Below, in pieces: positions 36,942-50,393 of a stretch of 64,000 nt of DNA. The position numbers and the translations under genes are program-made. Position 1 is the first letter of the stretch; each line of letters opens with the position of its first letter. This DNA is from Octopus sinensis (taxonomy: Eukaryota). The DNA lies in assembly GCF_006345805.1 (NCBI RefSeq), contig NC_043009.1, positions 992,001 through 1,056,000 of the forward strand, read 5' to 3'. Below the pieces are notes generated by a model. The model saw only the letters and a list, made by a program, of their open reading frames with translations, was not told the DNA's origin and ran no database searches.

Positions 36942-37928
36942 TGAAAGAAATACATTCTTTCATTAGTTTCAGTCACTTGACTGCGGCCATGCTGGAGCTC
37001 TGCCTTTAGTCGAGCAAATCGACCCCAGGACTTATTCTTTGTAAGCCTAATACTTATTTTATTGGTCTCTTTTGCTGAACTGCTAAATTACAGGGATGTA
37101 AGCACACCAGCATCAGTTGTCAAATGATGTTGGGCGGGGGGGCAAACACAGACACACAAATATATACATACATACATATACAACAGGCTTCTTTCAGTTT
37201 CCGTTTACCAAATCAACTCACAAGGCTTTGGGCGGCCTGAGGCTATAATAGAAGACATTTGCCCAAGGTGCCACGCAGTTGGACTGAACCTGGAACCATG
37301 TGGTTGGTAAGCAAGCTACTTACCACAGAGCTACATCCAAACTCTGTTTTAATTTCTCATTAATAAAGATGGGGTGGGGGAATAACAATTTCAATGATAT
37401 TCGAGGAAAGAGGCTTGTATTCGTCCGTTTGAACTAAAAGCACCCAAGGGTAATGGATTAAGCTTACAATGGGAAGAAAATAGGGATCTGACGCTCTCTG
37501 CTTTCATTTTATGTTGAAAATCCTAGCGGTTAGTTCAATATGAATAAGCTGATATGAAATATATATTCTCAGTGTCCTTATTTGTTGTCAAATATTCTGT
37601 CTAACCATGCAAACATGGAAAAGTGGACGTTAAAACAATGAGGGCAACGACAATGATGATAATGGTGATGGTGACGATGATTATGATGATGACGATGCTG
37701 CGACTGCCGATGTCATCGATGATGCAAATGTACCACTATTGCTAGGACTGCGACGACAACCACGTGTCACACTCACATGAGCTATTTTTCCATATTATTA
37801 GCATTCATAATCAGCATCACTATATTTTGTCTATTAGCATGACTGTGTAAGTGTGTGTATGTGTAATGACTGAACCTGATAAGCTAAGTTTCTGTAAGGG
37901 ACCTAAGAAACATTAAGTTGCATGGAGC

Positions 37929-38336
37929 CGAAGGCGATGAGCTGCCAGAATTGGTATTACACTGGGCACAATGCTTTGCAACATTTTGTCTGTCATTACA
38001 TGCTGAGTTCAAACTCTGCCGAGGTTAACTTTGTCTTTCATCCTTTCGGAGTCGATGAAGTAAGTGCCATAAGAGTGATGAGGTCATGTAATCGACTTTC
38101 CCGTCCCTGAAATTAAAGAATAGTTTCAAATTTTGTGCGCAAGGCCCGTAATTTCAGGGACGGGAAAGTCGATGTAATCGACCTCATCACTCTTATGGCA
38201 CTTATTTCATCGACTCCGAAAGGATGAAAGACAAAGTTAACCTCAGGAGAGTTTGAACTCAGCATGTAATGACAGACAAAATGTCGCAAAGCATTTTGCC
38301 CAGTGTACTACCAATTCTGGCAGCTTGTTGCCTTCG
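37929..38336. repeat. Tail-to-tail inverted SINE pair with ~187-bp arms
   Basis: Arms 37929-38115 / 38149-38336 are near-perfect reverse complements. Confidence 0.92.
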
Positions 38337-39386
38337 CCACTTTAAATAATCTTTTCTACTATAGGCACAAGGTCTGAAATTTGGCAGGAGGGGACTAGTT
38401 GATTACATCGACCCCAGTGATCAACTGGTACTTATTTTATCAACTCTGAAAGGATGAAAGCCAGTCGACCTTGGCGGAATTTGAACGTAAGGGCGGACGA
38501 AATACCGCGATGCATTTTACCTGGCGTGCTAAAGATTTTGCCAGTTCATCACCTTAACAGCTTTAAATAATAATATATGTATCTCCTACCAATGTGTTGA
38601 GTGCCTCTTACTTTTGTTTGTCCATATCTTAGGCTCTGTATAGGTCACACATCAACAAACTGGACGTCTTTCGTAAAGGCTGACTTTGGGCAATCTGTAG
38701 TTGCATTCATGAGGACAAAATAACACCAACCTCTTCATGAAGCGTAAAATTACATGCATTGAGATCGTTCTGATGCAGTCACAAGTACACGGGGTTGTCC
38801 ATGTCACTAAAGCCTTTGTAACGGTGAAGTTTTATTCAAGTTTTAAGGAAATATTTATTTACCGTTATGTTACAATACCTTGCCTCGACGGGCAGGTTAT
38901 GATAAATCCAAAAGCATGTGAAGTAAAGTTTGTTTGTGTTCTCTGCATTGTTTAGTAGTAATTAAAGAGAGAGATAGAATGATGCAAGAGAAGAGAATTT
39001 GAGCAAGTGACAGCATGGTGCAGCTGTGCATTTAGTTGAGCAAATTGACCCCAGGACTTATTCTTTGTAAGCCTAGTACTTATTCTATCAGTCTCTTTTG
39101 CTGAACCGCTAAGTTACGGGGAGGTAAACACACCAGCATCAGTTGTCAAGCGATGCTGGGGAGACAAACAGAGACACACAAACATATACACACACATACA
39201 TATATACAACGGGCTTCTTTCAGTTTCCGTCTACCAAATCCACTCACAAAGATTTGGTCGGCCCGAGGCGATAGTAGAAGACACTTGCCCAAGGTGCCAT
39301 GCAGTGTGACTGAACCCAGAACTATGTGGTTGGTAAGCAAGCTACTTACCACATAACCACTCCTACGTCTATTTATATATATATAT

Positions 39387-39805
39387 GTGAAATCGAAATT
39401 GGACCAAATTCGATGACTGGCACTCGTGCCAGTGGAGCGCTAACAGCTCCATCCAAGCGGGATCACTACCAGAGCAGCTGTCTGGCTTCTGTGCTGGTGG
39501 CATGTGAACAAAACATTCGAGTGAGGTTGTTGCCAGTGCCGCTGGACTAACTCCTGGGCAGGTGGCACATAAAAAACACTATTTGAGCGTGGCTGTTGCC
39601 AGTACCGCCAGACTGGCCCTTGTGCTGGTGGCACGTAAAAGCACCCACTACACTCTCGGAGTGGCTGGCTTTAGGAAGGGCATCCAGCTGTTGAGACTCT
39701 GGCAGATCAGATTGGAGCCTGGTGCAGTCATCTGGTTCGCCAGTCCTCAGTCAAATCATCCAACCCATGCTAGCATGGAAAGCAGACGTTAAATGATGAT
39801 GATGA
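39387..39805 (+). mobile_element. Solo RTE 3'-UTR/tail copy; similar solo tails near 2480-2640, 22645-22803, 24480-24680, 32105-32370, 36527-36785, 43430-43700, 53430-53716, 54150-54330, 54750-54985, 55130-55480 and 57390-57600
   Basis: Shared motif GAGTGGTTGGCGTTAGGAAGGGCATCCAGC...CCATGCTAGCATGGAAAGCGGACGTTAAA(CGA/TGA)TGATG, matching the LINE 3' end. Confidence 0.85.
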
Positions 39806-39878
39806 TATATATATATATATATACACATATATATATGTATATATACATATATATATATGTATATATATATATGTATAC

Positions 39879-39936
<58 letters not shown>

Positions 39937-39967
39937 ATATATATATATATATATACATATATATCGT

Positions 39968-40675
39968 TGAAAGTGAAAGTCGATGCATGTAAGTCTGTGG
40001 TCTTGACAACATTGCTTTATGGTGCTGAGTTTTGAACTTTGTACCGAAAGAACATCAATCAGCTTGACACTTTTCATATGCAATGCTTGAGTACTATCTC
40101 CAGCATAAAACTGAGTGAGCATATTCATAACAGTGAGGTACTAAGAAAATGCAACGTATCAGGTATTGAAGCTGTCCTCATTAAAATACAGCTTGGATAG
40201 TCAGGTCATCTCTCATGTATGAGTAATATCAGAATTCCAAAGCCACTTCTCTTTGGCCAATTCCCAACAGGAAGGTCAGTTGCGCTTCAAAGACAAGCTA
40301 AAAAAAAAAAATCTGAAGCGATGCAACATTCCCTTTTCTTCCTGGGAAAACAAAGCATCCAAACGCAGGACCTGGCGCCAGTCCTGCTTCTCCTCATTTC
40401 GAAGACTTGAGCAAAGGCGACTCTGACATCGGAACCAACTTCGTGGGAGCATGAAGTCAATCTGGCAAAACACTGCTCCTCTAAATGGAAACCTTCCCTG
40501 TCATTGTGGCTTTGTGGCACGAAGCAAAGCAGGCCTTGTTTTCAATTCAAGAAAACATGAGATAAATGATCCACAAGCACTCGAGCAAACCAAGTCCTCA
40601 CCTTGTTCCCTTTGCCTAAAGGTTTGCAAGGCACCAGCAGGCCTCAAAAGACACATTTGTGTTCATAGAATATGA
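39968..40675 (+). mobile_element. Degenerate RTE (BovB-like) LINE C-terminal fragment
   Basis: [21 protein letters not shown]; terminal C2H2-like CSLCLKVCKAPAGLKRH. Confidence 0.7.
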
Positions 40676-41425
40676 TTACCACTTTATTAACTGATACTTA
40701 TTTTATCGCCTGAAAAGATGAAAGGCAAAGTCAATCTCGGCAGCATTTGAACTGATAACGTAAAAATGGATGAAATGCCGCTAAGCATTTTGTTAAGTTT
40801 ATTAACGATTTTGCCTGCTTGCCGCCTTTTGAGGAGTAAGTCGATTACATCAATTCCAATACTCAAATGGTACTTATTTTACCAACGTCGAGAGGATGAA
40901 AGGCAAAGTTGACCTCGGCGGAATTTGAACTTAGAACATTTTGTCTGATCAGTTTAACGATTCTGCCGGCACACCGCTTTCATAGCCCAAGAATTATATA
41001 AAGTAAAACATGAGCAATTCATAATAATCAGGAAGAGGAAATGAGATTGTACGGTATTCATGCCTTTCCATAGTTTTTGATATGAAATGGCTATAAATGA
41101 AGAAAGAAAAACAATATCGTAAAGCCAACTTAGTCAGTTCCCATGCGACTCCGCAATCGTTAAAAATAGGAATGGGACAATAAAGTCCGTATCATTTCTT
41201 AAGAATTTCACTGAATAGTATTTTCCAACCAATCGAATAAAAGACAAATTTTAATATATATGCAAAAGTATTTATGGAACAATTGGATGAAAGACAAACA
41301 AGATTTTTAGATAATTAATAATAATTTTCTTTTCAGTTCCAACACCTTTTGTTTAAGTTTTCTATCAATTTCGTTTTCGTTTTTCGTTTTTCCAGTCCCA
41401 TTTATTAGATCCGGTCTCTTGTTAT

Positions 41426-41436
41426 CAAAATGGCGG
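41426..41436 (+). promoter_or_regulatory. YY1-like motif CAAAATGGCGG overlapping the EIF3F start codon
   Basis: Direct match to the YY1 consensus, which is common at housekeeping-gene starts. Confidence 0.4.
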
Positions 41437-41535
41437 GCCTCGTGTGCCGTGTTCATCCCGTGGTCTTATTTTCCATCGTCGATGCTTACGAACGAAGACA
41501 AGAAGATGCACACCGAGTTATTGGAACACTATTAG
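41430..41535 (+). CDS. EIF3F: eIF3 subunit F exon 1, [35 protein letters not shown]
   Basis: MPN-domain start [14 protein letters not shown]....RVIGTLL; donor AG|gtacaa; 106 nt. Confidence 0.95.
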
Positions 41536-42953
41536 GTACAATTTATTGTTGAATTTTATTAACATGTCTTATCACACTCTCCCCAACCATCATAAAATAG
41601 ATGTCTTTTCTTCCCCCAAAGCACTCGTTGCTCATCTTTTATTAATTAACAAACACTAAATTTCAAAACTATTTCCTTTTTACTAATTTATACGTTCTAA
41701 GATTATTCATTATAAATCATTGAATTCTTTTCATAGTCACGCTGCTGTGTTTTTTTGTTTTTTTTAATGATCTTAATTTTGTGACGTTTTTATCTTGTTA
41801 ATTAACCGAATAAAGCATATGTTGGTAATTGCTCATCAGATGCTCCAAATGTCGGAAGTTTAGTATTAAAAACTAGGATTAAAGTATATTTTAACGACGT
41901 AAAATCCGTTTGTGTTATTTTTCAGTTTGTTTCTTCACAAGTATTAAAAGGATGGTCTGTGTTATAAACCCGAGTATATTTTAACTCGGCCTTTTTCTAA
42001 ATTACATAGAATAAAACTATATTGAAGTTCTTGTTTCGACATTAGTAAAAACAATTTGGTTTGAAAGATCACACTCCACATGTTACCCCGCTAAAATATA
42101 TTTTAGCCAGAATTGAGTCAAGGTTGGAATTTTGTTTCGATTTCTTGTTAATCGGTTCAGAATATGACAATATATTATTTGTCATCCAATTATCTCGTAC
42201 ACGTAACATGTTAAGTACGAAATTGATAAATCAATGTATAACTAAGTAGAATCGAAATGGTAATTCATAGTCGTGTTTGTTGCCACAATTGTTTCGTTCA
42301 TGTATTTGAAGTACTTATCTGGCTTTTCTGGAAAAGTAGACTAGCGTTTTATCCAGGAGAGATAATTATCTCTTCAATTTAGCAATAAGAGGAACCACAA
42401 AATTATGTACTCGTTGTGATTTTTGGAAAAGATTCAGTAGTTGTGTGGTAAATAGTTTTGTTTCTTAACCACAGGGTACCGTGTACAGTCCCTCTGCATG
42501 GCACCTTTGGTAACACAAATGTCTCTTGTTATAGCTCCGGGTTGACCAAACTAGTGTGAATGGATTTTGTAAGTAGAAACTGAAAGAAGCACGTCGCCTG
42601 TTTATGTGTGTGTGTGTGTCACACCATCGCTTGACAACAGGTGTTCACTTGTTTACATTCATGTAACTTAGCGGTTTGGTAAAAATCCCCGATAGAATAA
42701 GTATCAGGCTTTAAAATCAGATAAGGGGCCGATTTTTTCAACTAATCATTTTCAGGCTGTGCCCCAGCATGGCCACACTCCAATGACTGAAAGAAGTGAA
42801 AGGTAAATTACTTAAACTCAGAAAAGGTTTCTGAACCACATGATTATAGGTTCGGTCTCACTGTATGGAAACTTGGACAAATGTCTTCTGTAGCTGACCA
42901 AAGCCTTCTGAGTAGATTTGGTACATGGAAACTGAAAGAAACCCAGGCATTCC

Positions 42954-43210
42954 TTCGATATAACTCGACAAAATCAAAACATTTCACTTGAGGTATTTCC
43001 GTGGGTTGTGGTGTATAGATATAACGAAATTATACCAGCAATGTCTCATTTTAAACTTGAAGAGAAAAAGCCTTGCATATTTGTTCTTACCTGTTTCAAG
43101 TGTGTATGTAAAATCCGCAAATTTCCAAGCAGAAAACAGAATCGAACTGTCATTTGCTTCCACGGAAATCCCCGAAGAGAAACGTTTTGATTTTGTCGAG
43201 TTATATCGAA
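42954..43210. mobile_element. MITE with perfect 27-bp inverted repeats
   Basis: TTCGATATAACTCGACAAAATCAAAAC at 42954-42980 and its reverse complement at 43184-43210. Confidence 0.78.
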
Positions 43211-44822
43211 AGAGTGCTGAAACCCATTATATGTGTGTGACATTGTGCGATAGCTGTAAATAAGTGTCACTGTCATACAAGCAGTGTCGTCCATTCCGTG
43301 TAAATGTCAAGCTATGGGGTAATATTAACTTGCTTTGACACAGGTGAGGGTGGGTGACAAAAAGATCATCTTGCCATTGAACGTCTGCTTCAATAAAACT
43401 GATCCATTGCAAGTATGGAAAAAAAAAATAACATTGTTTAACATCCACTTTCCATGCTGGCATGGGTTGGACAGTTTGACTGAGAACTGGTAAGCTGGGG
43501 AGGCTGAACCAGGCAAGGTTTCTGCCAACTACTCTGAGTGTGATGGATGCTTTTTATGTGCCAGTCAGGTGGCACTGGCATCTGTCCTGGTTGGATGGTG
43601 CTTTTTATGTCACCAGCATGGGTGCCAGTCAGGCGGCACTGGCATCAGCCATGCTCAAATGGTGCTTTTTATGTGCCACTAGCATGGATGCCAATGAATA
43701 GTTGTGAAATAAAATAAATTATAAAAGAGCAAAAAATTTTTGTTGTCTAGCAACCAAGGTCAACCTCTATGGCATGGACACAACAGTTCAAAGGCATTCC
43801 ACTTCTGTGGCCCCTGTCTTTTTGCAGGCACAATATCTCTAAGGATATATTTAAGATAGATTTTGGTTTGTGTGTGATTTTGCTACTATTTTGAGCAGGT
43901 AACCTCTTAGACTAAGAATTGAAGAAAAAAATGGTTATTTTTTTACATGGCAGGTATGAACGATTGGAAGGGGGGAAAAAAGGAAAATTTATAAATATCT
44001 TCATAGTTTTTTTGTTTAGTTTTCTTTTTAAATCGCATCTTTGATGTAAGTACTTGAAGCTGACAACATAACCATCTTTCCTTCCTGTCCCTTGACTGTG
44101 GGGTACTGTGCTTGGAGCCATCGAGTGAGAGACAAGGAATTGATTGAAGATCAGTGATGTCTGTCCACCTGACCATTCCTGGTTAGTTGCAGCTACCACA
44201 TACCAAAGGTACTACCTCTATTCAGAGCCCCTTACACTCCAACTGTACCATAATATTGTGACAACTAACAGCACCAATCTTACCAAATTTTGAGGGTATG
44301 TGAAAGCAGTGGACATTGCCTCATTCTTCAAGCTAGTGGTGGGGGGAAATTCAAAGGCTGTAGAGGCTACCTTTTTCATGCTTTTATGTATGAGAAAAAT
44401 AGATTTAAGTGATTTCCTTTCATTGAATAAGTAAATATACTGGTTTCGACCAGCTGTACCTCTCCTCAAATTTGTAGCCCTCTGCCAAATTAAAATGTTG
44501 TTGTGTTATAAAGTTGGAGAATTGTCTCTTGTGAGAATAACAAATGAAACCTTCTGGATCTTTGTCTTCAGTTCCATCATTCTCAGTTCGGTAGCCTTTG
44601 ATTTATTGTTCATCTGTGATGTGTGTGTTTTGTTTGTAAGTTTGAGGTATTGAAAGAATAGCGCAGGGGTGGCTGTGTGGTAAGTAGCTTGCTTACCAAC
44701 CACATGGTTCTGGGTTCAGTCCCACTGCGTGGTACCTTGGACAAGTGTCTTCTGCTATAGCCTTGGGTCGACCAAAGCCTTGCAAGTGGGTTTGGTAGAT
44801 GGAAACTGAAAGAAGCTTGTTG

Positions 44823-44887
<65 letters not shown>

Positions 44888-45131
44888 TCCCCCCACCAAT
44901 CGCTTGACAACCGATGTTAGTGTGTCTAGTTAGTAGTTCAGCAAAAAAGACCGATAGAATAAGTACTAGGGCTTACAAAGAATAAGTTCTGGGGTTGATT
45001 TGTTCAACTAAAGGCAATGCTCCAGCATGGCCACAGTCAAATGACTGAAACAAATAAAAGCGTAAACGTGTGATGTATTCTCTAATATATCTAGTAAACA
45101 TATTTTTTTTCAATTATTTCTCTTGATTTAG

Positions 45132-45202
45132 GTACCTGTGAGAAAGGGGCAGTTGAAGTTTCTAATTGCTTCACCGTTCCACATAATGAATCAGAAGATG
45201 AA
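45132..45202 (+). CDS. EIF3F: EIF3F exon 2, [24 protein letters not shown]
   Basis: ttgatttag| acceptor, |gtaagt donor; 71 nt restores the frame; [16 protein letters not shown] motif. Confidence 0.95.
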
Positions 45203-45639
45203 GTAAGTATAGATGTACATAAATCATCATCATCATCATCATCGTTTAGCGTCCGTTTTCCATGCTATGTGTGTGCTTATGTCTTTATTGTTATTTATCA
45301 GCTTTTAACCTTTTTGCTACCAACCTACCTGGGATTGCCCTTTATTGGATGATACCAAGTCCTTCTTTAAAGGGATCTAAAAACTTGCCATAAAAATTTC
45401 GTATTAATTTATGCTTCAAACACTTGATTAATAAGTACAAAGTTATTTTACTAAATTCTTCATCATCGTCATACATCTGTTGTCCATGATGGCATGGGTT
45501 GGACAGTTTGACCAAGGCATGGTTTCTATGACTCGTTACCTTTCCTAATGCCAACCACTCTGAGAGTGTAATGGGTGCTTTTGCATGCCACTAGCACGGG
45601 TGCCAGTTGCATGACAGCAATATCTACATGACTATGATT

Positions 45640-45843
45640 TCACTTGGCTTGAAAGATAGGTCTTCTCAAGCACAGCATATTGTCATAGGTGTTGGTCATT
45701 TATCATTGCCTCCATGACTTCGCTTGGCTTGACAGGTCTTCTCAAGCACAGCATATTGTCATAGGTGTTGGTCATTTGTCATTGCCTCCATGATTTCGCT
45801 TGGCTTGACAGGTCTTCTCAAGCACAGCATATTGTCATAGGTT
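45640..45843 (+). repeat. Local tandem repeat, ~76-bp unit, about 2.7 copies
   Basis: CGCTTGGCTTGACAGGTCTTCTCAAGCACAGCATATTGTCATAGG recurs at 45721 and 45797, with a variant at ~45640. Confidence 0.85.
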
Positions 45844-48246
45844 TTGATTACTAATCATCATCATCATCATCATCATCATTTAGCGTCCGTTTTCCATGCT
45901 AGCATGGGTTGGACGGTTCAACTGGGGTCTGGGGAGCCCGATTATTTTCAAAATTGATTGAAACAGAAGCTGTGTATTTGAATTTGAACAGAAATATAGT
46001 AACAAAAAAAGTTAAAAGACAATGATATATATGCCTTCTTTAGCTTTCATATCAAAGCAACCATTATGATCGGTTGTTATTCAGTTCTATTTCTATCCCC
46101 CTCTTTATCATAACCTTCTCTCTAAAATACCCTTCCACTTTCATGAGAGCACCCATTTAGGATGAATAGCTATTCAGTTTCACATCTATTTCCCTTTTTT
46201 CCATAATCTGTTCCCTCCACTTTCATACAAGAGCAGTCATTATGAGCAATTTATATTAAGTTCTAATGTGTCCCTCCTTTTGTAAGATGGAAAAGAACGG
46301 CTGTTTGGTAGATTTCTTGCAGATGGAGCTTGGTCCTGCAGTTGGGCTCTTTACCTCCTTTTTCTCTTGACTTGGTGCCAATTCTTTTCTGATACTTATA
46401 AAAAATACAATAATGCCTTGGTATACCAGTTAATTTGTTCCCGGAGATCACTTGTAAAGCGAAAACTCATAAAATTTCCCATAGTAGCAATGTTATAAAT
46501 TGTAATTGATTCCCAGAAAAATATTTTGCCTGTGAGATTTATAATACTTGTAAATAAATGGCAGTAGAATGTAAAGAATATTTTATGTAAAACAAAAAGA
46601 ATGTCAAGTTCATTTATAATAAAAAATATTATAGGCGTAGGAGTGGCTGTGTGGCAAGTAGTTTGTTTACCAACCACAAGGTTCTGAGTTCAGACCCACT
46701 GCGTGGCACCTTGGGCTAGTGTCTTTTACTATAACCTTGGGTCGACCAAAGCCTTTTGAGTGGATTTAGTAGATGGAAACTGAAAGAAGCCCGTCATATA
46801 TGTTTGTGTGACTGTTCCCCCCCCCCCCAACATCACTTGACAACCGATGCTGGTGTGTTTACATCAAAGAGACCAATAGAATAAGTACTAAGCTTACAAA
46901 GAATAAGTCCTGGGGTCGGTTTGCTCAACTAAATGTGGTGCTCCAGCATGGCCACAGTCAAATGACTGAAACAAGTAAAAGAGAGTAAAGAGTATTATTA
47001 TTGTGTTCTGAATCACTTTCACTCACACTAGACCAGCGCACAGCATCGCTTGTAGATGTGATCACCGATTCACAAACATTCATAAACGACTTGTAGATTT
47101 CTTTTTAAAAAACAAATCTAGAGTTGTTTGCTAAGAAGAAACTTTTTTCGCTCTCTCTAAATTTCTCAGTAACATGCAGAAGCATTTGAAGGTAGTAGAA
47201 ACTTTAGCACTTTGTTCAAAATTTGGATTTTGTGCTGGAAAAATATTAAATTGTAAAACCAGGGTCTTGTATAGCGAGTCCTTGCAAAGTGAAGTACTAC
47301 TGTATTGTTTAAAGATGTATATTCTCTACCTTCCACTTGAAGTTGACTGAAGGGTAAAAATATACATCTCTTCTGAAGTTAAGAACTGTTCTGGTTAAGT
47401 TAGCCATGGAAGCTGAAAAACAATGCAGAGTTTTATGAATAATTTTTGTGAACTTTGTGGTTATAATGGAATAATGGAATGGTCTGCTGGGACAAATGGG
47501 AAGCAAATCCAGTGCAATGGTGTGAGACCAATGTTCAAGAAAGGATGTGTTGTCATGCGTGTGTGTGTGTAGTTAAGAAGTTTATTTCCCAACCACATTG
47601 TTCCAAGTTCAGTCCCACTGTGTGGCACCTTTGGCAAGTGTCTTCTACAATAGCCTCAGGCTGACCAAAGCCTTGTGAGTGGATTTGGAAGACGGAAACT
47701 GAAAGAAGCTCATCATGTCTGTATTTGTCTCCCCCATTATCACTTGACAACTGGTGTTGGTGTGCTTATATTCCTGTAACTTGGCAGTTTGGTAAAGAGA
47801 TCGATAGAATAAGTATTGAGACTTAAAAAAATAAGCCCTGGGATCAAATTGTTCAACAAAAATACTTTGGGGTTGTGCTCCAGCATGGCCGCAGTCAAAT
47901 GAATGAAACTAGTAAAAGAATAGAATATACACGCACAGAAAGAGGAACAAGAAATAATAGGCTTTTGTTATATAATGTTTACAGGGTTTTACACCTAAAA
48001 TTATGTAATTATCTGAAACGATAGTTGAATGGTTTCACTCCTATTACAAGCCTGGTTCTAATTTCTTTCTTAAATTGGGACTTATAGGGGTTAAAATTCA
48101 AATTCAGTCATACTTAATTTTTGCTTTTTGTTTTTGCTCTTTCTGGATTGATGAGATACCAGTCATATACTGTGTTTAGACCAATTGCCTTAATAGCTCA
48201 ATTCATTATATTGTGCAGTGATAAAGAAATTGTTATTTTCATTCAG

Positions 48247-48326
48247 GTTGCTGTTGATATTGAATATGCTCGAAATATGTACGACCTTCACAGGAAAGTC
48301 AACAGTTCGGAAGTCATAGTCGGCTG
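48247..48326 (+). CDS. EIF3F: EIF3F exon 3, VAVDIEYARNMYDLHRKVNSSEVIVGW
   Basis: ttcattcag| acceptor, |gtaagt donor; 80 nt. Confidence 0.95.
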
Positions 48327-48645
48327 GTAAGTTGCTAAGTTCTGTGATCATTTATCTAGAAAATTAATACGGTTATTATAATTAGAAAGATGGTGGTGAT
48401 GGATTGGCTGAATTGTTAGAATGTGAGAAAAAAATACCTTGCAGTATTTCTTCCAGCTCTTAATATTCTGAGTTCAAATCCTGTCATAGGAGTGGCTTTG
48501 TGGTAAGTAGCTTGTTTATGAACCACATGGTTCTGGGTCCAGTCCCACTGCGTGGCACCTTGAGCAAGTGTCTTCTACTATAGCCTCGGGCCGACCAAAG
48601 CCATATGGGTAGTTTTGGTAGACGGAAACTGAAAGAAGCCCGTCG

Positions 48646-48678
<33 letters not shown>

Positions 48679-49074
48679 ATACATATATATATGTATGTTT
48701 GTGTGTCTGTGTTTGTCCACCCAACATCGCTTGACAACCGATGCTGGTGTGTTTACGTCCCTGTAACTTAGTGATTCAGCAAAAGAGACCGATAGAATAA
48801 GTACTAGGCTTACAAAAGAATAAGCCCTGGGGTCTATTTGCTCGACTAAGGGTGGTGCTCCAGCATGGCCACAGTCAAATGACTAAAACAGGTAAAAGAG
48901 AGTAAGTCAGCTTTGCATTTTAACCTTCTAGTACCAGTAAAATAATTCTGGGGTCAATAAAAACCAGGTGTTTCCTCTCCCTTCCAAATGTCTGGCCTTG
49001 TGCTAATGTTAGTTAGTTAATTTTTTGGCTCAAAAAGCAAAAAGCAAGGCCATGTAGGGGGACATGGAGTTATG

Positions 49075-49410
49075 TACAGGGTGGTGTTCATGTAAAGAGT
49101 TCAGGCCACTTGAGGTCAAGGGAGACTTTGAACCGAGTGGTCGTCGACATCTTCACCATCTCGTCTGGCAGCTTATTCCACGGATCCGCAACCTGGACGA
49201 AGAAAGCCTCTCTCCTTCGATTGAGATGAAATCGTCGCAGATAGAGCTTTTCGGAATGACTCCGCAGCCGACGCTCTGGAGCAGGAGTGAAGAACAGCTT
49301 TCGAGAGGTTACACTTTCCGCTTATGATGTTGTGAGCAAGAATGAGATCTCCATGGCGGCGGCGTTTTTCTAGAGAATAAAGGTCGAGCGTCTTCATCTG
49401 TTGTTATGAA
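49075..49410 (-). mobile_element. CR1-like LINE 3' fragment
   Basis: LDLYSLEKRRRHGDLILAHNIISG, typical of the CR1 ORF2 C-terminus. Confidence 0.75.
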
Positions 49411-49799
49411 GATGAATACTTTTCTCTTTGGCTAATCCCTGATCACTTGAAAAGAAAAATAAAGTTCAAGAGGGAAGTGTTATCTTCTAACCATTTTGCT
49501 GAGAGGTGGGTGAATGGGCCTATCCTGAGCATACACCTGTAGTTGAAAAAAAAAAAGGGCACCTGCCCCAAAAGTCAGGGTACCTGTGATTTTTTTTTTT
49601 ATAGGTTTTTTTTTTTTCCATGAGCAGCCCTCAACTGTCTCCTCCATATTGAAAATAATACATTTAAAAAAAATTTTGTTGGTCTTATATACATGCAAAA
49701 CCACACACACACATTCTTTGTTTTATCCTCTACTGTCCATAATGTTTTTCTTAATGTAAACCCTTGTGGCTGATAAAAAAAATCATTATCATTATCATT

Positions 49800-50390
49800 C
49801 CGCCGAGGCTGACTTTGCCTTTTATCCTTTCGGGGTCGATAACATAAGTACCAGTTGAACACTGAGATCAATATAATTGACTCACCCCTTCCCCCAAAAT
49901 GACTGTCCTTGTGGCAAAATTTAAAACCATTATTATTATATAAGGTGGCAAACTTATAGAATCGTTAGTACACCAGACCAAATGCTTAGCAGCATTTTGT
50001 CCATCGTTAGGATCTGATTCAAATTGGTTCAAATTCTGCTGAGGTCAACTTTGCCTTTCATCCTTTCAGGGTTGATAAATTAAGTACCTGGCATTGATGT
50101 AATCGGCTACCCCATCCCCTGAAATTTCAGGCCTTGTACCTATAATAGAAAGAATTATTATTATTATTATAAAGTAAGGTGGCAAGCTGGTAGAATTGTT
50201 AGCAGGCAGAGCAAAATGCTTAACATTTTGTTCATCGTTGCGCTCTGAGTTCACATTTTGTCTAGGTTGACTTTGCCTTTCATCCTTTCAAGGTTGAAAA
50301 ATTAAGTACCAGTTAATCTCTGGGATCAATATAATCAATTTACTCCCTCCCTTGAAATTGCTGGCCTTGTGCTAAAATTTGAAAGAATTA
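49800..50390 (+). mobile_element. Cluster of three copies of a second tRNA-derived SINE family; also near 2650-2810, 35030-35210, 38350-38555, 40680-40980 and 56900-57075
   Basis: Repeated AAGGTGGCAAGCTGG...GAGGTCAACTTTGCCTTTCATCCTTTC...AAGTACCAG block. Confidence 0.8.
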
Positions 50391-50393
50391 TTA

